DNA of 64,000 nt from Monocercomonoides exilis PA203 (lineage: Eukaryota; Protista; Preaxostyla), in NCBI GenBank assembly GCA_001643675.2, contig LSRY02000044.1:620001-684000 (forward strand), written 5' to 3'. The position numbers were made by a program, and so were the translations under genes. Each line of letters begins with the position of its first letter. The first letter of the stretch is position 1. Positions 38,821 to 52,000 of this stretch are shown in pieces. A model generated the notes under the pieces. It saw nothing but the letters and a program-made list of their open reading frames with translations, had not been told where the DNA came from and did no database searches.

Positions 38821-41119
38821 TAGATTTCTTTGGATCAACAAATAAAATGAGAAAGGCGAATGAAATGTTTTTATGTTGAGGTACATACTGAAGAGAGATG
38901 GTCATAAATGCATCTGGAAACCATTGATTTTCAGAATCTTTTGTTTGTGATTCTTGAGAAAAGTCTTCCTTTCATTTTTCACACATGTTTTTCATCTAGA
39001 TTATAATTGTGTATTCACATTTATATGTATTTTGTCTCCTATGTTTTCTTTTGATGTTTTATGAAAATCTTGTAATTCACTTTTCGAAAAATATGTGCCT
39101 GTTTGTTTGTATGTGTATTTGTATGTTTTCTTTAATGTTCTCTTTATGTATTCATCGAGTTATTGTATTTTGATACATAAATATTTTTAAATGGCTTTAT
39201 GTTGGTGGATGCATGTTTGTATTTCCATTTGATTGATTAGTTTTTTGCCGAATCACTTCACAAAAACATCCATACAATATCCTAATTTAACTATATTTAT
39301 TGAAAGCAAATGTGAAATTATGCAATGTCATTTGAAGCAATAAGGTTTATTTTTAAATAAAAAACTTGACTTACAAATAAAAAAACAGTTATTTTTCTTT
39401 TTTGGAGACTTGAATATTATCATGTGATTGAAATATGGTGATAATTGATGTCACTCTCTCTCTCTCTCTCTCAATTTTTTTTTTTAATAATTCACCCCTT
39501 TCCTCTACTCTCCTCCACTCGCTCAGCTGTCTTTCTAAACTTTCCAGAAATTCCTTCTTCTGTCGGATCACAGGCACTGGACAATACATTCTGACAGATT
39601 TGCTAACATAGAAAGAGTGTGAAATCTTCATTGGCCATCGTGTGACACCCAATGCTGGGATCTGTGCAGTTGAGAGTGGCTTTGCAGTGGAACGTTTGAA
39701 TAGTTGGTTATGAAAAAGAGAGAGAAAGAGAAAGAAAAGAAAGGGAAAAAAAACCAATTAGACTTCTGAATCGCTGAAAGAATGCAATTAACTTTCAACT
39801 TTTTTTTTCATTTTTTTTCTTTCCGTGATCATTTTGGATTTCAACAGTTCAAAAAAAATGAAAAGATAAGAAAGAAAAGGGGAGAAAAAATGGACGCAAA
39901 AACTGAAAGAGTTATGAACAGCTCAATGTGAAAATTCGACAACCTGAGGAGCATTGGAGGCAATTGGAAAGATGCTCAATTATGAACATATCTGAACGCT
40001 TTTTCGATTTTGAATGAAAAAAATATCATTTTTGTGTCGGAATTGATTGCTGAAAGATGAAGGATATGCATGATGTTTGAGCAGCTGGAATTTTTTCCAA
40101 TGCCTCAACGTTTGGCTGATTTCGTTGAAGATGAATGGAAAACACTCAAACTTTCCAACGGTCGATTGCAGCAACACAAAAGAATATCCTCAAAAACATC
40201 ATACAAAATTGTTGTCTTCCTCTTCTTTCTGATGCAACTTAAGTTGGATTCAGGAAAAATCACTTTCATCCGAAAACCTCATTCTCTCTTTCATATGAAG
40301 AGGAATTGCCTTGCTGTTGTGTTTCTTGAGTGCGTCTCATGGAAATGTTGCCTTCCTCCTTCTTCTCCAAATCTCAGCTCAACAGAAATAAAAATGATCT
40401 TGCATGAGCAAATCTTCCAATAACAACCAAGGAAATACATGTGTTTCTTTCAATGTTTCAGTTTCACCAAACTTGTGAATCCCAACCTGCAACAACAGAA
40501 AAGATATTCATGTTTTTCTCCATGGTATAAGATTATTTTGAAACTGAAGCATTGGACCTTGATCCTCTGCAAGTTGATTGGGATGTTTTCGTTGTCGAAG
40601 TGCTTTTTTTTTAATTTGTATTGTTTTTCAAAATTTTCATTTCTTCTCTTCTTTCAAAATCCATCAATCCACATATTGATGAATTCAAAATGCGACAATA
40701 TGCAAAACATTCCAAACCTGCAAGCATCGTCTGTTCTTGTTTTTTGTCTCAATCTTCTTCACAAATAATCACGAAATACGTTCCCTTCACTCATTCTGTC
40801 TGCCTGGTTTATTTTTCTTTTCAATAAAACACTATTTTTCAATGGGCAATTTATTCCATTCAGCGTAAAAATTGTATTTCAAAAAGTGAACGTCTTTTGA
40901 AAAAAATGCCTCAGTTAATGTAACTGTTGGTTTTGATCAAAAAGAAACAAAAGATTTCCTTTTCTAGCCTCATACAGCTAATCCTTGTGTATTTTGTTTC
41001 AATTACTTTTGCGCTTCTTTTTATTAAGCAAAAATTTAACAGTTTGTGTGGAGTTATTTTAATTTTGCGAGATAATCAAGATTTGCCTTTCATTTTGTTT
41101 ATTTTTTGCAACAATCAGA

Positions 41120-42654
41120 ATGATCATATGCGATGGTGATAAGTCTGAAGATGATAATTTTGAAGACGATAATTTTGAAGATGATAGTTCTGAAGACGAT
41201 GTTGTGAGAACGGCCAGAACCGAGAAGTTTTCAAGTTTACCATTTAATTTTTGGATTGAACAATTTTGAACAGATTTTTGTTTTTTGAATGTTTTTTGAA
41301 GAATTGTTTTATGAACTGGAATGTTGCAGAGAAGGAGAACAAATGCAGAAAATAGAGGAAATGAACGAGCTTGTGGAAGAAATGGATGAAGAAGAATTTA
41401 AAATAATTCTGACAAAAAAACAACAAAAAAAATTGCACCAAATGGTAGAAGAAGAGATAATTACGTGGGGGGATGCCATTGTGCTATTGAAACACATATG
41501 TTGCATCAGGGAATTAAAAAGTGTTAATGCTTATCCAAATAGTGAATTCTCGTTGAGCGAAACAATGAGAGAAATGATAAATGATGAAAATGAGAAGAAT
41601 AAAGAAGAAAAGAACGAGAAATTTCTTACAGATCTGTGCGAAAGCTATGTTTTTCTGAACGCGGAATATGATTCAGACGAATCGCGTTCAATTTGCGCGC
41701 CTTGCCTTCTGAAAGTTGCGTTGAAGAAAGAGGAAGATAAGGAGACTCAAAAAGAGGTGGAAATAGCATTGTTGGCTTTGATCAATTATGCATATTACGT
41801 ATGAGCATTTTTTTTTTCTTTTCTTTAAATTTTTTTTAATTTTTTCAAAGTTTGCGGAAGAAAAACTGTATCTGAATGAAATCAAAGAGATCATCCAACA
41901 TCATCAGAAACACAGAAATCTGACTCAACGGTCGTATCAATTGGGTTGGGAATTGTTGATTATCCGATTTCTGTATGAAAGAAATTTGGAAGATATAATT
42001 GTGAATGAGCTTCATTTTGTGAGAGAAGCAAGAAGAGTATTGGAAGAATTGATAAAGTGCATGGATTGGAAGAGAAAAAAAGAAGAGGGAAGAGAAGCGA
42101 AAGAAGAGATAATAATCAGGAGATGGCTCGATGAGATTTATGACTTCATTGACTCATGCGAATTGTGGAACGAAGAATGTTCTGGGCTTATCAGCAGCGT
42201 TGTTCAGGTATTTCGAGCATCAAGGGATAATTACGAGGATATAAGCAGTCTGTGCCTTGTTTTATTAAGAAGAGCATCAGAAAAAAGAGTTGTGAAGGTT
42301 GAAGAATTGGAGAAGAGAGGAGTTATTGGTCTCTTATTGGAAGAAATGAAGCAATCAACTTTTGATGAAGACTTTTTGGGAGATATTTTGATTTTCTTTT
42401 TGAATATTTCAAGAAGATTGGAAAGAAATTCAGATGAAGAAACGAAAGACGAGGAGAACGGTGAAAAGGAAGAAAAGGAGGATTATGAAGCAGAAGAAAC
42501 GAAACGGAAAATGTTGAAAAGGCAATTATTCGAAAGGATGGAAGAAGAAGGATTTGAAGATATTATTGCGAGTCTTTTTGGAGAAATTTGTTTGTTGAGT
42601 GTTGATTATTCCGAAATATCAAAAAATATATCAGATTATTTTGTGAATGTTTGA
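41120..42654 (+). CDS. Member of a lineage-specific helical (ARM/HEAT-like) multigene family, 3 exons
   Basis: Introns 41235-41301 and 41799-41850 (GT..AG, in phase) give ...RTEKFSKLFYELECC.E.EQ.QKIEEMNEL...PCLLKVALKKEE.KETQKEVE.ALLAL...IQHHQKHRNLT..SYQ..W...EEEGFEDII. Clearly paralogous to 57948-59252. Confidence 0.82.
41146..41205 (+). repeat. 15-bp coding tandem repeat x4 (EDDNF-like)
   Basis: tgaagatgataattt tgaagacgataattt tgaagatgatagttc tgaagacgatgttgt. Confidence 0.8.
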
Positions 42655-43487
42655 CCATATTCTTTTCATTTGATTTTGTAACTCAAATGTTTCATTTTTC
42701 TTTGAAAATTAATTCGTTCATTAGCAAACAGGCGATTGCAGCCTTTTTCGTTTGAAAATTTAAATTGAATTGTTTGATGTATATTCATCTTTTGATGTTA
42801 ATGTTCGAGAAAATGAGATGTTATTTATTTCGTAACTCCAAATTTTAACTTTTTTTCATTTCTTTTTATTTTTTTAAAACAATGTGGGAAATAAAAAATT
42901 AAAGAGTTTTTTGAAATGAAGTTTTTGCTTCCTTTTTCAAAAAATGAAAAATGAAAATTATTTTCAATAATTTTATTTTCATCAAGAAGCTTTGTTGAAT
43001 GAATTAGGTTGGTGTTTTTATTGGTGCCTTTTTTCAATTTCCTTGTGAACTTTAAAATGTCATATAAGAAACAAAGAATATTTGTTCGCACAATTATGCT
43101 TAACAACAGTGGAGGAACAAATGCATTTTTTTTGATTGGAAAAAAACGTTTTTTTTTATCAGTGAAATTGTAGTTTGAAAAAAATGAAAGAAACTTTCTT
43201 TTGATACAAATTGAACAAACAAAAATTACATAATTGCAAATACTCCCTGTCTCTGAACTTATTATGTCATCTAGCTGTTCAAAAAAGTAATTTTATTGTC
43301 ATTTCCCAAAGTATTGATTTGTTTTCACAATTATCCATAAAAAAAGCTGAAGAAGGGAAAAGAAACATTCGGGCTGAAAAGGCGTTAATAGATTATCGCA
43401 TTTATGAAAACAAACTCGAGAGAAAGGAGCGAATTCTATTGAACGGAAAATCCAGGTTTGTGGATTCCATCAACTTCGGTGAATTTT

Positions 43488-43488
<1 letters not shown>

Positions 43489-43531
<43 letters not shown>
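43489..43531. repeat. Poly(A) tract, 43 nt
   Basis: Uninterrupted A run. Confidence 0.95.
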
Positions 43532-43534
<3 letters not shown>

Positions 43535-43873
43535 CCATTCATGTTATGAAGGCTGTTCAATGAAACACGTATGTTACAAAAATGGGAAAACAATCATTGC
43601 TTCGCAAGGTAAAAAAAGAAATAATTTCAGACGTAATAAAAATTGAAGCGAAGTTTTGAACGAACCTGACAGTGAAAAAAACGAAAGAATCTGTTTGCAG
43701 AAGATTCTAATTGGGCCGATATTTTTTGCTTTATGAATTTTGTTCCACACTATTCTTTTAAAGATTTTTTTCGATTTTTTCTATTTCTGTGTTTAATATT
43801 GCAAAGAAATGCAGAATAATAATCATTCGATTGAAGAAAAAGTTTGGAACAAATCATTGAATTTTTTATAAAT

Positions 43874-44128
43874 GGGTCATTATTTTTGAAATCATATCTT
43901 TTTTCGGGGAATTGATATTAAAAAGATTGTTTGTCAATTGGAAGTGTTTTTGTATTCAGATGATATAATTATAACAACTGTTTTTAATATAAATGTATGA
44001 TCTGAAATAATGATGAATATGTCTTGAAAATGTCTGTGCACTTTTCAGTGTTCATTTTCTTGTATTCAAGAGAAATTTTTGGACCGAAATTTTTGAATGA
44101 AAAAATATGCTTTCAAAAAGAATGACCC
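43874..44128 (+). mobile_element. MITE family B (255 bp), AAAT target-site duplication
   Basis: Termini GGGTCATTATTTTTGAAA / TTTCAAAAAGAATGACCC; AAAT at 43870-43873 and 44129-44132. Confidence 0.85.
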
Positions 44129-44179
44129 AAATGCAAGAATTCCGTCCCAATTTTCAATTTATTTGATTCGAATTGGATT

Positions 44180-45300
44180 GAAAATGTTTTAGAAGATGAA
44201 GAGTCAGATATTATTGAAGATGCTTCACCAAAAAAATTTTCATAATCTGCGGCTTATTCCTTCTTGCGAAATCAGCCCGTATTGAAATAACAAATGCCAA
44301 ATATTTTGGATTCAAAACGTCTTGCAGCATCTTGCCAGGATGCTTAAAAACCAAACATGAAATGCCTAATGATTTGTAATTGAAACACAAATACAGACAG
44401 GAGCTGATCTTTCATGTGGATGAAACATCACCAAGATTATCTGATAATTGCCAAAAACTTGTTTCGACATCCTCGGAGTCTCCTTCAGCCTATTGCCTTC
44501 CTCATTCGAGAGTGCGAAACGCGTAGCTTATGGCCGCTGTTGTCTCAGTTGGCTTTTCTATAACCCAAATTGTTCTTTGGCCGAGTTCCAGTTTTTTGGA
44601 TGAGTTTTCTTCATTGATATGGGGCAAAATATTTTGCTTCAAGCATTTTCATTGAAAAATAATGCACTTTTCATTGACTTTTTGAGATCAAAAATTATTA
44701 TAAAAATGGTTCTATTTTTTGACATTCGTGAAATGTTGGAAAACTTTTTGTTTTAATTTCAATGATACCTGTTTACGGATATGAAAATCATATTTATTTT
44801 GAAATCCAAGAAAGCGAAACAAAGTTATGAGCGAAACAATTTTCAAATGCTTTGTGCATAAAAAGCTTGAAAGTCCGTATTTTCCCCCATATCTCCTTCG
44901 CTTGATGTGTCGATTAATACTAACAGTTGGATAAACTATTGATGTTCGAACGATACTCTTTGCATGTTCAGTTTACAGATATATTGGATAGAAAGAAAAG
45001 AATGGAATTACCAGAAGAGAGATGTTTGTTATTCAAAGATTAGCACAGCTCATGAGCAAACCATTTTATTTGAAGAAAATTTATAAAATCGAATGTGGAT
45101 ATCATCACATTTGTTCCTCACACAACACATATTTTTCATCCTCTCGATTGAGGTGTGTTTGCTGTTCTTTAGACAGAATAAAATTCATTAATAGAAATCC
45201 TGCAATTTTCAACTGCTTCATTTATCAGAAAGGCTTTGACAGATCTCATTCTTCAAGCCATTCACTCTGCATTTCCACCATTAGTTATGGAGAATACCTT
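44180..45300 (+). pseudogene. Decayed pogo-superfamily (Fot1-like, DDE_1) DD35D transposase
   Basis: Manual translation: FS*SAAYSFLRNQP...LDSKRLAA; HKYRQELIFHVDET (D1 44419); LMAAVVSVG...IVLWP; NSWIN; CLLFKD*HSS (D2 45038); VDIITFVPHTTHIFHPLD*GVFA (D3 45146). D2 and D3 are in frame, 35 residues apart. Several stops and frameshifts; outer limits approximate. Confidence 0.85.
44621..44888 (+). mobile_element. MITE family A (268 bp) inserted in the pogo transposase, ATAT duplication
   Basis: Termini GGGGCAAAATA / TATTTTCCCCC; ATAT at 44617-44620 and 44889-44892. Confidence 0.9.
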
Positions 45301-46511
45301 TAATTTAAACTTCGTATTATTTCCATCGTCAGGGCCAGTTTTACGAAAATTACATAAATACTCCTCATTTCTGTTGCCTGTTTATTCATATTGTTTTGAT
45401 TTTTTCATAAAACTGCTCACAAACGAAGCTTTCTAAGAAATATAGTGAATAGATATTTTTTATTCAAACAAGAGCATGATGTTCTGAAGCCGAAGAAGAA
45501 ACAAAAAACATTGAAGAAACTCTTCCATTAAAGTCAAAGAAGAAAAGAGTTAATTGAAGAATTTTTCACGATGACGTTAAAAATGTCGAAGGAGATCTTT
45601 TTGCAGATAAAAGTGCAGGAAAAAGAAAAGTTGAAGGCTGTTAGACACAAATTTTGTTTATTTTTTCTATTTGATTCTGTATTTTTTGTTTTTTTTTTTT
45701 TCAAAAATTAGGTTCTTATAAAAGAAGGTTTCCAATTGAAACACCAACCTATATTCCTGCACTTGCATCAAAAAAAGATCATCTTCATTTCAAAGAATTC
45801 AATTCTTCGGTTGTTATCTCTTGAAGACTCTTGACTCTTTTTTTATTTCTATTTCTTTCTGTATTTTCAAACAATATCTTGAAGAAGAAGATAGTTATGC
45901 CATTTTAGAAAAGAATTCTAAAGCATAAAAGAAGAAATTGGTGATAATTTCAAAAACCATATTTTCATGATCAAATTTTTTTTTGTTTGAAAATTCACTA
46001 TCACTATTGATAAATGAACACTGAAAAGATTTAACTCCTTTCAAAAATATATTCATCATGAATATGTTTCAGAACATTGTCTTTTTTTAACAGTAACAAT
46101 GAGCTAGTCTTTACAATGAACATTTCCTCTCAAAAGAAATCAAACATTTGAAGAATCAACACTCCGAAAAAAGTTCAAATTTCAAAAATTTTAACTTAAA
46201 TGAAAGTTTAAAAAATTCAGTTGGAAATATCGTTTTGGAATAATTATCAGGCAAGAGATCTGACTACAAAGAAACAACTTGACAAGGTCATTCAAAAACA
46301 GTTTGACTGGAGAAATCAAACACTAGATAATTCCTTCTAGATCTTTTTTGTCATGATTTTTGACTTTTCCAAACATCAACAAAATTACTCATCAAATCGT
46401 TTATTTTAACGGGAATAAAAAATGTTCTGTTGATTTCTTCATACCCTTTTCGGTCAAATAAAATTATTCTTTTTTCATTTCAAAAACACTTCGTTTCATA
46501 TTTTTAATTAA

Positions 46512-47016
46512 CCTCTGTGACATGACAAAAAAAAATTGAAATAGTGACAAAATGACCGACAAGATATTTATGATTTGTCAAAAATGGTCATTTTTAACGA
46601 TTTCACAATTCTTAATTACTACAATAATTAAATTGAAAATCTACATGAAACAATTCTTATTATTTTGAAAAAATCAAATTTGAAATAAAAAAGTTCAAGT
46701 TCCCAACATATATTTTTTGACAGGAAATGTCAGCTGAAGAATTATTTTGTCACAATTTGTCAGTGATAGTCATTGACGATCACCGACAAAAGAGAAAAAA
46801 CAACCAGATGTTGCAGATGCTATCAACAAATTTTTTCCTAAGCTCCTTATAAAACTTTTAAAAGATTTTTCTATCATTCGTATAATTTTGTTTTTAATAA
46901 ATAAAATTTATTTAATTTTATTTTATTTTTTTTTTTATTTTTTGTTTTATTTTTATTTATTTTTTTTTTTCTTTTGTGACAGACAAATGTTTTTATAACT
47001 TGTCACGTCACAGAGG
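46512..47016. mobile_element. Non-autonomous TIR element (505 bp), piggyBac-like
   Basis: 17-bp TIRs CCTCTGTGACATGACAA / TTGTCACGTCACAGAGG (16/17). Left flank TTAA (46508-46511), right flank TATAA. Many internal TGACA/TGTCA motifs. Confidence 0.75.
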
Positions 47017-47053
47017 TATAATTTTTGATCGAAAAAATAAAATAATCTTCTCT

Positions 47054-47054
<1 letters not shown>

Positions 47055-47112
<58 letters not shown>
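47055..47112. repeat. Poly(A) tract, 58 nt
   Basis: Uninterrupted A run. Confidence 0.95.
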
Positions 47113-47114
<2 letters not shown>

Positions 47115-47344
47115 CATGAACTCTATTTTTTGAAAATTGTTGCAACATAATTAACGATGCATCACTCAGATTTGTCCAAATTTCTTTTTACCAATTGCAT
47201 TAATTGAATTTTTTTTCATGGTATTTCTCAACCAGATTTTTTTTAAATCAGATCCATAATAAAAAATTTTTTTATAAATGTATCCAGTCAAATTCTTTCC
47301 CACTATAACAAGACGAAAAATAAATTCAAAAAATTTTCATCAAA

Positions 47345-48721
47345 TTGATTATGATTATGTTTTTGAACAAGGAATCAAAACATGACAATCAAGAATTGCA
47401 TTTAAAAGAACACATTAAAATTGATTCATCAATCATTTTTAATTTCGAAGACGTAAAAGATAATGCTTCAAGCGGCTTCAATTCTAAAGAATACGTGTTG
47501 GAGCAACCTGAGCACAAAGCTGTTTCAGTTGTTCATTTTGAGAGTATTGGTGGAAAAGGTTGCAGTTATTTTTGCTTTGATTTTAATTCTAATTCAGTTT
47601 ATTAAGAAAAACATAATCCCTTAAAATACAATAGTTGCAAAGGTTTGATGGAAAATAGTCATTTAGATGAATATATTTTCAAAAATTTAGAAATATTTCC
47701 CCAAGATATTTTTTGCTCTCGTTTTTTTCAGCATAAAATTTCAGAGGTATTCTTAAAATATTAATCTAAAGAAATTTTTATTTTCTTTATTTTCAAAATG
47801 ACATTTTTTTCAAATTATCTTGCCAGATTAAGACTGAAATATTTGCTCTTGATTTCATCTCATTGACTCAAAAGTTACTATCTATGAAATTCCACAACAT
47901 TCCTTCAAAAGAATTCTTATCCAAAAGCGTTTTACCACAGTCAAAAATTATTCTCTTTACGATCACCGAAGCACTTTGGCTGATGACTTCGTGTGTTCCT
48001 AAAAGGATAAATCAAAATCATATTTCGACAAATGAAAAAGAAATATATTTGGCTTCAGATTTATTGAATTGTGGCGAACAGTTAAATGAAGCAAAGTTGT
48101 TGAAATATTCAAATTTAGTTGCTTCAATGCTACAAAAGAAGGCAACTGAGAAAATTAATTCAATAGAAATGCCAGAATTTCAATTCCAAAAGAGAGAAAA
48201 AGAAAAAGAAACACTTAAAATGAATGCTATTAAATACGAAGAAACTGCAGCTGGAGACAGAAGAAGCATACTATTATTTCACCAGGTATTTCATTTTTCT
48301 TAAATGGATTTTTTTTTATCTTTTTTCCGCACACATTGAATTATTTTTCATTCACAAACGAAATAATCTTGTCAGGTTCTGTCTGTACTTGTTGACCTCA
48401 TAACAAGAGCATGCGACATTGTGCTTTATGCGCCTGCAGTTCATTTGAGCCACCGAAAGTGCAATTTCTTATCAAAAGGCGATGAATTGGGCAGTCGTTC
48501 GAAAGAAAGTGAAATGGATCATGCTGAAAGAGCTCAAATAACAAACAGTGGAATTGACACTGAAAAGAAGGCAAATGAAAATGCATCAGATTTACACGAT
48601 GATTCTGCTTGTGCTTCTGCTTGTGCGCAGCCTGTGCAAATAAATGCATCTCTTCCTCATCCCCTTCCAGACATTTCATTACCATCTTTGCTTTCTTCTT
48701 CTTCTTCCATTTCATCATCAC

Positions 48722-48752
<31 letters not shown>

Positions 48753-48988
48753 TTCTTCTTCTTCTTCTTCTTCTACTACTACTACTACTTCTACTACTAC
48801 TTCTTCTTCTCCCTATCATTTCAATGCATCTTTTCATTGTGATTGTCTTCCCCAATTCCCAGTGACGCCTCCTCCTTTTCAGTCCTCTTCTTTTTCTGCT
48901 GTTCTTGTTCTCTCTCCAGACAAGACACCCGCTCGGAACACAGTCAAAAGACAGCTGCCGACAATTGATGTGGAAGAGGATAGAGAAA

Positions 48989-49019
<31 letters not shown>

Positions 49020-52000
49020 AGAAGGAGAAAAGGAAGCGAAGAAAACGGATTGTGAAGAAGGAGAAGGAAGAGATGAATGGGGAATGTCAAACAAAATAGC
49101 AGAAGCTGAATTCAACAAGCAGAAAAGAGAGGGCAAAAAGAAAGATGGATTTAATAATTCCTCAACTGGACTTCTTTCTTCTGCTGATTGCTTGTATGAA
49201 CCTAATCCAGTTGTTACTCCTCCATTGATCGCTGCTCGTTCAAACAACTTGCAAAAAGCACAAAACATTTCATTTTCAAGCAAAATGAACAGAAAACAGA
49301 TGGAACCATCTTCGGAGAAATTTTTCAACCCGACCGGAAAAACTCCTCTGAACCCATTGAATATTTCCGGGAAAGCTGGCCGGCCTACAAAAAACACCCG
49401 AAAGCAGAAGAAAATCGAAGAAAGCGCAATCAAAGAGAAGATTTCTGGTTCTTCATCAGCTGCTTCTCTTTCATTCAGTCCATATGCACAGCCACTGCCT
49501 CGAATGGAGTTGAAGCAGAAGAAAAGGAAAGGAAGCAAAGAACAAAAGACAAATGGAACATCTGATCAGTCAATTAGACATCTTCCTTCTCTTCCTTCTC
49601 TTCCTTCTCTTCCTTCTCTTCCTTCTCTCCCTCCTCTTCCTCATTCATTCTGTAGACATTCAGAGAAAAAATCAGTTTCAAATGAAAAAAAGTCTGATTC
49701 TTCGAATGGGATGTTTGTTTCAGATAGACAATTGCCTCTTCATCACGTAAAACCTTCTGTTTCTGATGAAACACATTCCATTCAATTGACAAAGAAGACG
49801 ATTTCAAAGGAGAAAATGAATGAAAAAATGAATGAGAAGAAGAACGAGAAGATTGGATGTGTCAAGCTGGCTAGACCAGAGCCACAAAGAATGCTTTCTG
49901 TGCCAATTCAGATGAATTCTGCTTGTTCTCTGAAGTTGTATGAAGAGAACGTTGATGCTGATGATGCTGTGTTTGATGGCTCGTTCATTAGATTGCCTCG
50001 TCTTTCGATGGGAAATGAAGAAATTATTGGAAGATATTCTAAAAGCAATCCATCATCTTCATCTTCCTCTTCTTCCTCTTCCTCTTCCTCTTCTTCTTTT
50101 CTCATCTCTTCCACATCAAAAACATCTGCTTTTTCCCTCAAACATCCCAACAAAGCCAAAAAGCCTCATTCACATCGTTCTCAATCTCTTTCTCCCTTCA
50201 GCCATTCTTCTTCTCGTTCTCATTCTTCTCGTTCTCATTCACATTCACTTTTTTATTCTCTTTCCCACTCCACTTCATCATTCCACACAGAAACACCTCA
50301 GAATTCAGCTAATCTTCATTTCCCTTGTGTTTTCAGACATTCTCGTTCTCTTTCTGCTTCTGCTGAAATTTCACCCAGAAAGATGCATCGTTCTTCTTCT
50401 GTTTGTTCTGAAAAAGAAGAAAAAGAAAGAGAAAGAGAAAACGGAGAAAATGAAGAAGAACTTAGAAATTCTTGTTATTTGAATAAAACAGGTTGTCTTC
50501 CTTCATTCATTGAAGGCTCTTCTTCATTCACTCCTCCGCCTCGCACTAAAACTCCGGTTGTGAGCAGACCTCTGCCAAATGTGAATGTTAAATCAAATTC
50601 TGTTTCTTCTTCTTCTTCTTCTTCTTCATTAACATCGTCATCATCTTCTTCTTCTTCCTCCTCCTCTTTTCTTCCTCCTCTCCCTCCTTCCTCTTCTCAT
50701 CCTCCTCAATCAACCACTCCAGTCAATCACTTCATCGACAATAACATTCCTCCTCCTCGTTGCATTGAACACACCCCTCGTTCTCTCAAAATGCCTCAAA
50801 AATCTTCTTCTTCCATTTCTTCTCCCTTTTCTTCTTCTTCTCCTTCTTCTCAGAAAAAGCTGAGAGAAATAAGAGAAAAACAAGGTTTCGAGGGAACGTC
50901 TGACATTTTATTGAACGAAGCAGGTTTGATTAATAAAAACAGAATTTATCAAAATTCAGCTGAAAATACGGAAAAATCAACAGAAATGAATCATTTTATT
51001 CCTTCTTCTTCTTCCTCTTCTTATTCCTCCTCCTCTCAATTGTTATCTTCTTCTTCTCATTCTCTTCCTCTTTCTGTTCTTTCTGTTCCTCTTCCATTGA
51101 ATGTGGATGGAGAAGCTCTTGTCACTCCGCCTGGCTATTTTGAAGATTCAGACACAAACAGCAACTTTGAGGAAGTTCTGAATGAATTCCAGAGGAAGAG
51201 AAAGAGAAGAGAGGAAGAAGAGGAGGAGGAAGAGGAGAAAGAGAAGGAAAAGGAAGAGAAGGAAGAGAAGGAGAAAGGGAAGGAGAAGGAAATGAAAATA
51301 ATGTCGGATGAATATAAAAGAGAAGGAGGAAATTATGAACTGTTTCAGAGAAGGAAAGCTAAAAGAGAGAAAAGAAAACTGAAAGAGAAAGAGAAAGAAA
51401 GAGAGAAAGAAACAAAAGAATTATCTAATTCTACCTTTATTCAATCAAAAGATGAAGAAAAAGAGGAAAACAAAGTGAAATATTCCTCAATGAGAAGAGG
51501 GAGGTCGATAGAGAGGAAGGCAGATTTGAGAGGGGAAGAAGAGAAGAGAATGGCGCTGCAGTCAGAAACAAGCCAGGAGAGAAGGAAAAGAAGAATTGTT
51601 GCATTCAAATTGGAGGGGAATCAGAAGAAAGAGGAAAGTTTGAATACTTCTGCTGGGTGTTTGGGGATGAGCGGAGAGAAAGAGGAGAAAGAGGAGAAAA
51701 AGAAAGAAGGGAAAGAAAAAATGGAAGTGAAAGAAAATAACATGATTATTAGTTCATTATTGACTTCTTCTTCTTCTCCTTCTTCTTCCAATTTGAATAA
51801 CCTCACTTCTTCTCATTCATCAGAAGAAATTGATTTTCCAATGAAATTCTCTTCCTCAGATGAAGATGACTTATTTCTGATGGGAGAAGAAGAGCCATTT
51901 TCGTTGGATGAGCGAGAAATGAGAAGAAAACACAGAGAAAACAGGCAAAATGCAGAAAAAATGGCGAATATTTGGATGAGACAGATTGAAAAGAGGAAGA

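Noticed and set aside
39389-40830. Coding-like fragments, possibly a retroelement relic (QRLADFVEDEWKTL)
   Set aside because: No RT, RNase H, integrase or recombinase motif found; too degenerate to call.
43241-43270. TA-CTCCCTG as possible left TIR of the pogo element
   Set aside because: No convincing complementary right end found downstream of the transposase.
44240-45170. In-frame TAA/TAG/TGA as evidence of stop-codon reassignment
   Set aside because: All three stop types plus frameshifts occur only in the decayed transposase; intact genes are open for thousands of codons and end in TAA, TAG or TGA.
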